Source: a virus
DNA: 64,000 nt
Reading direction: 5' to 3' (one strand)
IMG/VR virus record: IMGVR_UViG_3300046463_001154
Span: 1 to 64,000 of that record
Part shown: one piece after another, positions 56,154 to 63,919 of the stretch
Numbering within the stretch: the first letter of the stretch is position 1
Layout: each line of letters starts with the position of its first letter
The notes under the pieces: generated by a model
The model's input: only the letters and a program-made list of their open reading frames with translations
Told to the model about the DNA's origin: nothing
Databases searched by the model: none
Position numbers and translations under genes: made by a program

Positions 56154-56867
56154 ATGTCCGCACTACCGAAAAACATTGAAGAGATCCATCCGTCGTTGTG
56201 GCGAGCCAATCAACTGGCTCGCAGGGCAGGGCGCACCGTGGACACCGGTTACGAGAAGCTCTCCGCCGAGTTGCCCGGTGGTGGATGGCCAGTTGGCAAT
56301 CTCGTCGAGTTGTTAGTTCAGCAGCCGGGGATAGGGGAGATCCGGATGCTCCAGCCCGCGCTCGCAGCCGTAGCGAAAAGGCCGGTCGTCTTCGTCAAAC
56401 CGCCGCATGTCCCTGACGCAATGGGTCTCTCGTATATTGGCCTGCCCATCGATAAGCTAATTCGGCTGGAAGTCGGTAGGACCGCCGATGTGCTGTGGGC
56501 GACCGAGCAGATACTGAAGGCCAACACGTGCGGGGCAGTGTTGCTTTGGCAGCAGCACATTCGCCCTGAGTCTCTCCGCCGACTTCTGCTTTGCTCGCAA
56601 TCGTCGGAGATGCTGTTCTTTGTCCTGCGCCCGCTCGTCGCTGAGAACGACACATCGCCCGCGGTCCTACGACTGGCTATTCGTCCGGCCGCAGGTGGCG
56701 TATCGGTCGACATCGTAAAGCGCAAAGGCCCGGTCGGCGTTGAACCCTTCAACCTTGCGTTGAGGCCTTCGCCCATTCTACTGAGCCCATATGGTCGCTC
56801 GAACAAGCCTGCTCGAAAGCTAGAACCTGTGGCGATCCTGGCAAACACGCAAGCAACGGTGGAGTGA
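56154..56867 (+). CDS. imuA: ImuA (RecA/SulA-like translesion synthesis-associated protein)
   Basis: IHPSLWRANQL...TGYEKLSAELPGGGWPVGNLVELL...GIGEIRML...LWATEQIL...LRRL...SPAVLRL...IVKRKG. Confidence 0.92.
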   Translation: MSALPKNIEEIHPSLWRANQLARRAGRTVDTGYEKLSAELPGGGWPVGNLVELLVQQPGIGEIRMLQPALAAVAKRPVVFVKPPHVPDAMGLSYIGLPIDKLIRLEVGRTADVLWATEQILKANTCGAVLLWQQHIRPESLRRLLLCSQSSEMLFFVLRPLVAENDTSPAVLRLAIRPAAGGVSVDIVKRKGPVGVEPFNLALRPSPILLSPYGRSNKPARKLEPVAILANTQATVE

Positions 56868-56868
56868 G

Positions 56869-57189
56869 ATGCCGCGCAAGTTGCCGCGCTTTGAGCCCGT
56901 AGGCGTGGAGGAGGGCAGGGCGCTCTGGAAGAAGTACCGCAATAATGCAGACATCCAGCGTCTGCTCTTGGAGATAGCACACGGCCGGCAGGTCTTCGCG
57001 GATCTCGACGGCTACTTTTCCGTGGTGCAAAAAGTCTGGCAAGAACAAGGTCTCGGGCAGCTCGTTGCCATGGAGAAGATGCGGTTACTGCTCGTCGAAC
57101 AGAGCCTGCGTCAGCGCACACTCACGGGGCTGAAACCAGCGCCCAGGAAAGATGAACCTGGAGAACCTGAGCCCGCGCTAGTCGACTAG
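56869..57189 (+). CDS. Hypothetical protein co-transcribed with imuA, 106 aa
   Basis: Starts 1 nt after the imuA stop; GGAG RBS. Confidence 0.65.
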   Translation: MPRKLPRFEPVGVEEGRALWKKYRNNADIQRLLLEIAHGRQVFADLDGYFSVVQKVWQEQGLGQLVAMEKMRLLLVEQSLRQRTLTGLKPAPRKDEPGEPEPALVD

Positions 57190-57190
57190 T

Positions 57191-57844
57191 TCAATGACCG
57201 GAAGATCTGCGTCCAAAACCGAGAGCGGCAGGGCGGCTGTACTTCGAATTCTTTACTTTGAGCCAGTCGCGAGAACGCCCCGCTTGGTAGGGCGAGTCTA
57301 GACGCTTCGCCATCAGACCCTCGAGGTCGTGCGCGATGGCTTGCTCGAATACCCACTCTCCCGCGGTTTCAATGCCGACTGGACAAACCAGCACTGGCGT
57401 GTCATCGAAGGTCTCTCGAAGAATCTTTTTGCGCTCGTTGAGCGGCATGCCACGGAGGTCATCGTTCCCCGCCGCAAGGATGTCGAAAACGTAGAGACGG
57501 GCAGGGTGCTCGCGAGCAGCCGCCCGCACGCGCATCGGGATGCGAGTCCGGGCACGTGTCTGGAGTCGTTCGAATGAAGGGCGCCCGTTCTGTTCGTCAA
57601 CGGTCAGTTCAGCGTCCCAAATGAAATTGCCCGGCACTGCCTCAACGGCCTCGATTATGTCTGGAAAGGTCGAATTGAGCGGCGTGCCGTGACGGGAGAA
57701 AAGATCCACCCTTTCCTCGCACTTTCGTACGAACGCCCTGTATCCATCGTATTTGATTTCAAAAATCCATCCTTCGCGAGAGAAGGGTGCACGCGCAAGA
57801 ACGCCATGCATCAGGTCGCTTGGCTCGATCACCGGCAGACCCAC
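57191..57844 (-). CDS. ATP-dependent DNA ligase, adenylation domain only (LigC/LigD-like), 217 aa
   Basis: EIKYDGYR (motif I), DAEL, YVFDIL, EGLMAKR, WLKVK; no OB domain. Confidence 0.88.
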   Translation of the reverse strand: MGLPVIEPSDLMHGVLARAPFSREGWIFEIKYDGYRAFVRKCEERVDLFSRHGTPLNSTFPDIIEAVEAVPGNFIWDAELTVDEQNGRPSFERLQTRARTRIPMRVRAAAREHPARLYVFDILAAGNDDLRGMPLNERKKILRETFDDTPVLVCPVGIETAGEWVFEQAIAHDLEGLMAKRLDSPYQAGRSRDWLKVKNSKYSRPAALGFGRRSSGH

Positions 57845-57846
57845 GC

Positions 57847-58344
57847 CTAGCCGCCCGCTTCGTGCGGGGGCGCGTCCTTAAGCCAAGTGAGGATTGTCGG
57901 CCTAAGCGTGAACGCGGGCGCTTTCAGCCAATCTTCAACGGCTTCCGGAATCTCCGGCAGTACCTCGTCGACGTCGAACGGCTCGTCCGGTTCACCCGGC
58001 TGATCGACGGAAAGATGGGCACCAGCCAACCGGTCACCGTCCCAGTACAGCACGCAATACTCCGCGATGTCGGCCGTTGTTCCAGGCGGATGGTCGCGCA
58101 GCAGCATGCTGATATTCGAGCATTGCTTCTTGAGATCGTCGCTCATTGCGTAGCCGCTAGGGTTCGCCGGTGGAAAGCTGGCTGTCACGAACGCTAGCTT
58201 GGCCCAAGCGTTGTCTGGATGGCAGCCCGAGTAGGCGCAGAAATGCTCGAAGTCGTCGAGCGCATTATGACCATATTGGTTCGCCTTAAGTGGGCGCGCT
58301 CGCAGAAGCTCCGCAAGCATCTCGTCAGGTTTTCCGTAGCACAT
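57847..58344 (-). CDS. Hypothetical protein; probable start MCYGKP
   Basis: GGGAGG RBS; ends 2 nt before the ligase start. Confidence 0.55.
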   Translation of the reverse strand: MCYGKPDEMLAELLRARPLKANQYGHNALDDFEHFCAYSGCHPDNAWAKLAFVTASFPPANPSGYAMSDDLKKQCSNISMLLRDHPPGTTADIAEYCVLYWDGDRLAGAHLSVDQPGEPDEPFDVDEVLPEIPEAVEDWLKAPAFTLRPTILTWLKDAPPHEAGG

Positions 58345-58403
58345 GTCGACCTCCCTCTGATAATCTGCCCGCAGCAAGGCTGATACCCGCAACGGAGACA
58401 GCG

Positions 58404-58658
58404 ATGGTCAAGGTTGAGTTAGATCTGAGCGACGACATATATCGCAGCTTGGTCATGGTCGCCGAGGCTTGCAGCGTCGCAAATAAGCAACGCGACGGCG
58501 CGACCACTCACGGTCCACTGGATGTCAAAGCGCTGCTTATGATGCTTGCCGAGGATGCAGCCATGGTTCACAGCCGGCCCGGCTCATGGGAAGGTTCGAA
58601 TGCGTCCGAGCTCTTGGCGTCACACGGCTACTGCGTGTCAAGAAATAGGGACAGGTAA
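58404..58658 (+). CDS. Small hypothetical protein (possible RHH-like N-terminus)
   Basis: GGAG RBS; MVKVELDLSDDIY...RPGSWEG. Confidence 0.55.
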   Translation: MVKVELDLSDDIYRSLVMVAEACSVANKQRDGATTHGPLDVKALLMMLAEDAAMVHSRPGSWEGSNASELLASHGYCVSRNRDR

Positions 58659-58677
58659 AAGTTCGATAGAAACAATT

Positions 58678-59277
58678 ATGTCAAATCAAAGTGCGATTCT
58701 GGTTTTTCTGACATCTTCAATTGTCTTTACGCTGTGCATCTTTGCCATACTTAGAACCCAGCGAAACCTTGGCCGCCTCAGACTTTCGGTAATGCTCGCG
58801 GTCACTGCGGTTTGTTACTTCATCATTGCCACACTCTTGTGGTTCGCGATACACGACTGGCTATCATACGGCCGCGATCTCATCCCGGCGATTCTTCTGC
58901 TCATTTGGGAGTTCGTTGTACTTGCGGTCCTGTACTACAGATCGCCGCTGACAAAGCTGACTGCAATAGGCGTGATCGTAGCCTGGACCATTTTCATGTA
59001 CACCCGTTTCTACATGACCTCTGGGGTATGCAGCGACGCTGACTGTCTGGCGATCAACGTAAAGCACGACTGGCGCAGTGCGCTGTACTTTAGTGTGATC
59101 ACCTTCACCACGACCGGCTACGGCGACTACCACCCGCGCGAGCCGGATAGACTCATCGCCGCTTCCGAAGCTCTCGTCGGCTATATTTTTTTCGGCCTTT
59201 TTGTGTCGCTGCTCGCTTCATATTTCTCACGTTCGGAATCCCGCGAAGATCGAGGGGAAGGACATTTCAGCGGGTAA
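58678..59277 (+). CDS. Potassium channel-like membrane protein (Ion_trans_2 pore domain)
   Basis: ALYFSVITFTTTGYGDYHP selectivity filter; several upstream TM helices. Confidence 0.85.
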   Translation: MSNQSAILVFLTSSIVFTLCIFAILRTQRNLGRLRLSVMLAVTAVCYFIIATLLWFAIHDWLSYGRDLIPAILLLIWEFVVLAVLYYRSPLTKLTAIGVIVAWTIFMYTRFYMTSGVCSDADCLAINVKHDWRSALYFSVITFTTTGYGDYHPREPDRLIAASEALVGYIFFGLFVSLLASYFSRSESREDRGEGHFSG

Positions 59278-59301
59278 TGTCTTGCTTTGTCCCGCTTGGG
59301 G

Positions 59302-59628
59302 TTACTCTGCGATCAAAAACTTCTCGCGCTTCTTTCCCTTAATCCAAAGGGGCTCACGGCCGCGGCCGCTCCAAGTCGCGCCCGTCTTCGGATCCTGATA
59401 CTTCGCTGCGACCCGTTTCTTAGCGACAGATTTCGATCCCTTCTTCGCCGGCCCTCGCTTTCCTTTCGTGTCGATGTCCGCGATCGTCAGTCCGTACTGA
59501 GCCATCAGCGAACTGATCTGTTCGAGCGCCGCCTTGCGTCGCGCCTCTTCTTCTTTAGCCACCTGTCCCTGCACCTTCGCCAATTGTTCACGCAGTTTGT
59601 CGAGCCGCGCATTCGGTTGCATTGCCAT
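59302..59628 (-). CDS. hns: H-NS family nucleoid protein (Burkholderiales type)
   Basis: N-terminal coiled coil, MAQYGLT, KYQDPKTGATWSGRGREPLWI; AGGAG RBS. Confidence 0.93.
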   Translation of the reverse strand: MAMQPNARLDKLREQLAKVQGQVAKEEEARRKAALEQISSLMAQYGLTIADIDTKGKRGPAKKGSKSVAKKRVAAKYQDPKTGATWSGRGREPLWIKGKKREKFLIAE

Positions 59629-59760
59629 GCTGTTTTCTCCTGAGGAATGCGGGATTGTAGCAACCGGCGGATCCGGATTCAAAACAATCTCAGACCTATA
59701 TGACTCGCCCGAAGCCATCGAGAGATCGATAGCGAAATCAATCTAACCTCGGAGCGAATC

Positions 59761-59937
59761 ATGATCGACTTTGCAAACAACAACTACCATTCTGGCAAGA
59801 AGGCAAACACGGGCTCAACGAAGCGTGGCTTCATCATTACCCTTTTCTTCATCTTCGGTGGCCTCTCGCTCGTCGTCGCTGACCACGTCGGTCACCACAT
59901 GGCGTCGCAGCGCGCGGCTGAAGTCGCGAGCCGTTAA
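59761..59937 (+). CDS. Small single-TM protein, 58 aa
   Basis: GGAG RBS; MIDFANNNY...GFIITLFFIFGGLSLVVA, translated by hand. Confidence 0.5.
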   Translation: MIDFANNNYHSGKKANTGSTKRGFIITLFFIFGGLSLVVADHVGHHMASQRAAEVASR

Positions 59938-59961
59938 AATCAGCGCACTTCAGGAATATCC

Positions 59962-60495
59962 ATGTTTCACAAATCCAATCCAACACCCATATCCAGGACC
60001 ATGGCTCTGATGTCCATGGTCTGCCCCATCTGCGACAGCGGCTTCACCCGATACGCTTCGAAGGTACGGCGATGCGATGTGTGTTGTTGTAGTCGAGCAT
60101 GCTCAGCCAAGGCTCGAGAAGTTCGCATATCGGTCAGCTGCGCAGTATGCGAAAAAGAGATGGAGCTGATACCGTCAAACGTCGGTAAAGTGACCACGTG
60201 CAGCAAGAAGTGCTCTAGTCTGCGGCGCCGATCCGCGAATCCTAAAGCACAATCGTTGCGCGCTTACAAGGACGCTGTCGATCGAATCGCAGCTGGACAG
60301 TTATGCGAAAAGTGCGGAAGGAAACACGGCCCGTTTGTAGTAAAGGATCTTAAAGCAACGTTTGGAGACGATGGAGAACTGGCAATCGATGATGCTCGAG
60401 CCAAACTCTGGTGTCGTCAGTGTCACCTACAGAGCATCGCGCTGGTCGGTGGCAATGCCAACGGAGCGCGTCTCGGTGGAATTAGGAAAACGTAA
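59962..60495 (+). CDS. Zn-finger repeat protein with a degenerate HNH-like C-terminus
   Basis: Two CxxC...CSxxC repeats, then CEKCG...LWCRQCH. Confidence 0.65.
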   Translation: MFHKSNPTPISRTMALMSMVCPICDSGFTRYASKVRRCDVCCCSRACSAKAREVRISVSCAVCEKEMELIPSNVGKVTTCSKKCSSLRRRSANPKAQSLRAYKDAVDRIAAGQLCEKCGRKHGPFVVKDLKATFGDDGELAIDDARAKLWCRQCHLQSIALVGGNANGARLGGIRKT

Positions 60496-60509
60496 GACAT
60501 CAAACTGAG

Positions 60510-60562
60510 ACGGCATATCGGGAGGGTGCGAGCCCTCCCGATATGACTTTCCTTCTTTTTTT
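60510..60562. terminator. Hairpin between convergent genes, flanked by ACGGCATA and TATGAC
   Basis: CATATCGGGAGGG-tgcgag-CCCTCCCGATATG followed by a T-rich tail. Confidence 0.75.
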
Positions 60563-60566
60563 GATT

Positions 60567-61016
60567 TCAGCGTGGCGACAAGCAGATCCGAACCCGCAAC
60601 TCCAATGGGTCGAGCCACTCCACGATCAAGGGATAGACATCATCCCATCGCAGCTTGCCTTCCCCACATCCGATCATCGGCATCGCGATAGACCGGATCT
60701 GATACTTTTCGAAATCGCGCGCGAGTCGTTTTAGACCTTCGTCGATCCAGTGAAGTCGAGATGGGTTGGCCCAATGACGCTTCGTCGGAAAGCAGACAAT
60801 CAGTTTCCCGTTCTCCGCTTCCCACACAAAGAGCCCGTGGTTTGAAAACACTCGCCGGCGGCACGCATCTCGATACGCTGCTTCAAGACCTGGATACCGC
60901 AAAGCGAAGGCTCTCGCCAAACCCTTGCCCATTGTACCCACTACGTTCACCGGCACCACCAACGCCTGACATGCCGAAGTGAAGACATCTTGCACAGATA
61001 CCTGCTCGATCATCAT
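60567..61016 (-). CDS. Macrodomain protein (DarG/TARG1-like ADP-ribose glycohydrolase), 149 aa
   Basis: PVNVVGTMGKGLA, FPTKRHW, SIAMPMIGCGEGKL motifs. Confidence 0.9.
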   Translation of the reverse strand: MMIEQVSVQDVFTSACQALVVPVNVVGTMGKGLARAFALRYPGLEAAYRDACRRRVFSNHGLFVWEAENGKLIVCFPTKRHWANPSRLHWIDEGLKRLARDFEKYQIRSIAMPMIGCGEGKLRWDDVYPLIVEWLDPLELRVRICLSPR

Positions 61017-61369
61017 CCCTCCGCCATGCGCTGAATCTCATCGACCACGTCTTCCTGCGTCTTCGCGTTGCTCTGTTGACGCTTGAGCGACATCTCTAAA
61101 ACGAACCGTACGATGTCTGACGGCAGCTCAAGGAACTCCACCAGGTTCAGACCAAAGTGCTTGTAGACTTGCCGCTCTTCGAATCGCCGAATCTGCTCGT
61201 ACAGAAGACCGCCCGACGAACTATCTTCCGCCTCCCGCATCGCGACCAAAGAGAGCGCGTCATTGGGACCCGATCGCGAGTGATCGTAAATGCGGTAGGT
61301 GGTTTCGTAGCAGTCGCGCAGCGCCAGCTGCAGGTCCGAAGAATTGAGCACGGTGGGCGCGCGTTCCAT
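61013..61369 (-). CDS. Tail-assembly-chaperone 'T'-like ORF, possibly translated as a -1 frameshift extension of the gp77-like gene
   Basis: VYKHFGLNLVEFLELP motif; its frame stays open upstream to the T7 run at 61483-61489. Confidence 0.6.
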   Translation of the reverse strand: MERAPTVLNSSDLQLALRDCYETTYRIYDHSRSGPNDALSLVAMREAEDSSSGGLLYEQIRRFEERQVYKHFGLNLVEFLELPSDIVRFVLEMSLKRQQSNAKTQEDVVDEIQRMAEG

Positions 61370-61437
61370 TGCGGCCTTCAGTGGATTCTCTTCCTCGACG
61401 TGCTCGCCAAAGTCTGGCTGCGCGACGTGCCGCGGTC

Positions 61438-63030
61438 TTAGTTCCGGAGGGAGATCTGGCTGATTTTCTGTTCGAGCAGGGTAAAAAAAGTCTGCTCGAC
61501 GTTCATCGGCAGCAGATGCGGGAAGCGCGGCAACTGGTGCTCTTCCTTCGTGTTCGCCGTCGGCGTTGCGATCACAGCCATCGTCGAATCGTTGATGTAC
61601 TTCTTCACCTCGTCGAAGTACTTGCGACGAACTTCGTCGTTGCTCGACAGGTCATCGATAATCTTCTCGATGGTTTCGCGATCCACGATCGTGCCTGCGC
61701 CGGGATGAACTTCAGCCACCCAGTGGATGTACTGGCGCATGTTGGTCGCCTTGCCGTGCTGAATGATGAAGTTCGTGCGGCGCTGATCTTCCGGAGGCAA
61801 CTGGAACGCTTCATCGACCACGCGCGTGATCTCGCTGATCCACTTGTAACCCGAGAGCACGTAGTCGTTGGCCGCCGGCACCTTGAGCGTTACCGCGATA
61901 TGCTCCGACAACTGAACGCGACGCGGCTGACCCAGCGTGAACTCGGTCTTGTAACGCTTCACTGCGTCCGCCGTCATCGTGCCGCTGCCGCGATGTGCCA
62001 TGTGCGAGATCTGCCACGACGTGAGCGCCTTGGTGTCGACCCAGAGCAGCTTGCCGACCGCGAGCTTCTCACGCAGCATCTTTTCCTCGTTCGTGATCGG
62101 ATCGAGGTACGGGCGAGCGTATTGGAAACCACGCGGCCAGATGGCACATGCGAGACCCCAGAACAGCAACGGCAAGTCGGGCGTTTCGATCATCGACTTG
62201 ACGCGATTCATGTCCTTCTCTTGGAGCGACGTGTCGTACACATGTTCCATGGCGAAGTCGAGCAACGCGCCGCTGAGATAAGAAGAGGTATTCGCGAAGG
62301 CCAGGCCGTTGGTGGTCCGACCCATGACGATCTTCTCGTCGAGCATGCGACGGTTCAGTTCGAGCAGACCGATCTCGGACGGCGCCTTGACCGTGATATG
62401 GAAGCCCGAATGCCACAAGGGCACTTGGATCGTGCTGCCCATGCCGAGCAGTGCGCGGACCTGCAGGACCGCCTTCTCACCGGTGAGCAGTTCGCCGCCG
62501 ACGTTCTTGAACGACATCGCGCCCATGGCGATATTGCCGCGCTCGGACTTCACACCCTGACGCCACTCGCTGCCGGAGCGATCGACCGCGTCACGCCACT
62601 GATCTTTGTTGGGTGCGCTCATCATGCTTTCACGCATGTAGTCGACCCACTCGCGACCGCTTTCCGTATCGGTCAGATCGAGGTTCGGCATGGCGGCGAT
62701 TGCGCGCGATGCACGGTCCTGCGTGTCGGCCTGGCCGATCAGGAACACGCCGTTCGTGTCCCACTCGCCATCGAGCGCGAAGAACACCTCAGCGTCCTGC
62801 TGGGTAGTTTCCGACGGCGACAAGTGACCGATGCCGGCGATCTCCTGCTCTTCGGACTTGTCTTCAGCTTCGGCTTCCGGAGCGAACGTCGCCTCGTAGT
62901 CCGTTTCGATCGTGTCCATACCGAGGACAGGCGCGCTGTGGCTCTCGACCGCCGGAATGACCGCCGAACCGTCGATAGGCTCGGCGTGGGTGAACGATGC
63001 GTTCACCGGATGTTCTTTGTGACCACTCAC
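61438..63030 (-). CDS. Conserved phiKZ gp77-like protein (putative tail/baseplate assembly chaperone), 530 aa
   Basis: VPLWHSGF, GRTTNGLAFAN, LACAIWPRGF, RQYIHWV and C-terminal FFTL motifs; GAGG RBS; core synteny resumes here. Confidence 0.75.
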   Translation of the reverse strand: MSGHKEHPVNASFTHAEPIDGSAVIPAVESHSAPVLGMDTIETDYEATFAPEAEAEDKSEEQEIAGIGHLSPSETTQQDAEVFFALDGEWDTNGVFLIGQADTQDRASRAIAAMPNLDLTDTESGREWVDYMRESMMSAPNKDQWRDAVDRSGSEWRQGVKSERGNIAMGAMSFKNVGGELLTGEKAVLQVRALLGMGSTIQVPLWHSGFHITVKAPSEIGLLELNRRMLDEKIVMGRTTNGLAFANTSSYLSGALLDFAMEHVYDTSLQEKDMNRVKSMIETPDLPLLFWGLACAIWPRGFQYARPYLDPITNEEKMLREKLAVGKLLWVDTKALTSWQISHMAHRGSGTMTADAVKRYKTEFTLGQPRRVQLSEHIAVTLKVPAANDYVLSGYKWISEITRVVDEAFQLPPEDQRRTNFIIQHGKATNMRQYIHWVAEVHPGAGTIVDRETIEKIIDDLSSNDEVRRKYFDEVKKYINDSTMAVIATPTANTKEEHQLPRFPHLLPMNVEQTFFTLLEQKISQISLRN

Positions 63031-63058
63031 AACAGACCTCTCTTTCTTGATTGGTGAC

Positions 63059-63760
63059 TTAGACGGTCGGCACGCCGACGACCTGACCGACGTTCTCGTC
63101 GTTGAAGGTCACATCGGTGATCTGGTTCACGTCGAGCACAGCCGGATCGACTGCGAGTTCCGGCGCATCGCCGTTGAGCTGGCCGCCTGCCGCACGAGCG
63201 CGGCCGCGTGCGAGTTCTGCCTGGTTCGTCGCTTCGAGGATGTGATAGACCGTCGGCATAAGGACGCCGTCGTGCTTCGTCATCCACAGGTTGTACTGCT
63301 CGAAAATGTGGATCGAGTGCAGAACTTCTTCCGGATCATCGCTACCGCCGACCTTGCCCGCGTGGAGCGCGCGCAGCTTCTGCAGCTCATCGCTCAGTTG
63401 GCGCAGGTCGCTCGCGAACTGCTTCACGTTCGTCTTGAACGTGTCCTTTTCCTCGACGAAGGTCATCAGCTCGGCGTCGTTCAGCACGAGCGAGATGTCC
63501 GTGTGACGAAGCAGCATGCCCGACATCTGCTGGTAGACGCCGACGAGGTCGTCCCAGCAGGTGTTCTGCTCTTGCTGCGAGTTCGTGCCCGCACGGCATT
63601 CCGCAAGGATGCGATCGGCTGCCGACATCGTGAACGAGCCATCCGTGTTCTTCGTCGGCTTGATCGGCTGATTCACCGCCATGCTTACCGAATGGATGGC
63701 CGGCTTGCGCTTGCCCTTTGCGATGTCGCGCTGAATGCGTGCTTGACTCTTCTTGGTCAT
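63059..63760 (-). CDS. Hypothetical helical protein, 233 aa
   Basis: Strong phage codon bias; upstream of the gp77-like gene. Confidence 0.7.
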   Translation of the reverse strand: MTKKSQARIQRDIAKGKRKPAIHSVSMAVNQPIKPTKNTDGSFTMSAADRILAECRAGTNSQQEQNTCWDDLVGVYQQMSGMLLRHTDISLVLNDAELMTFVEEKDTFKTNVKQFASDLRQLSDELQKLRALHAGKVGGSDDPEEVLHSIHIFEQYNLWMTKHDGVLMPTVYHILEATNQAELARGRARAAGGQLNGDAPELAVDPAVLDVNQITDVTFNDENVGQVVGVPTV

Positions 63761-63919
63761 GAGTGAAACGTCCTGAAAATGTTAGTTGTACTGTTTCTGC
63801 GATCCATTATTTGACCGTTCCATTTCCCTGGCTCGATCAAAAGAGATCGGGTTGGCGTCGATGGTTTTCGCTACAGCATTAATACCGTCTGTATTTTTCT
63901 ATTTCGAGACTCGCCATTT

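Noticed and set aside
51224-60509. The module as a transposon, ICE or integrated element with att sites
   Set aside because: No integrase, transposase, relaxase or flanking direct repeats found by eye; a computed repeat search could overturn this
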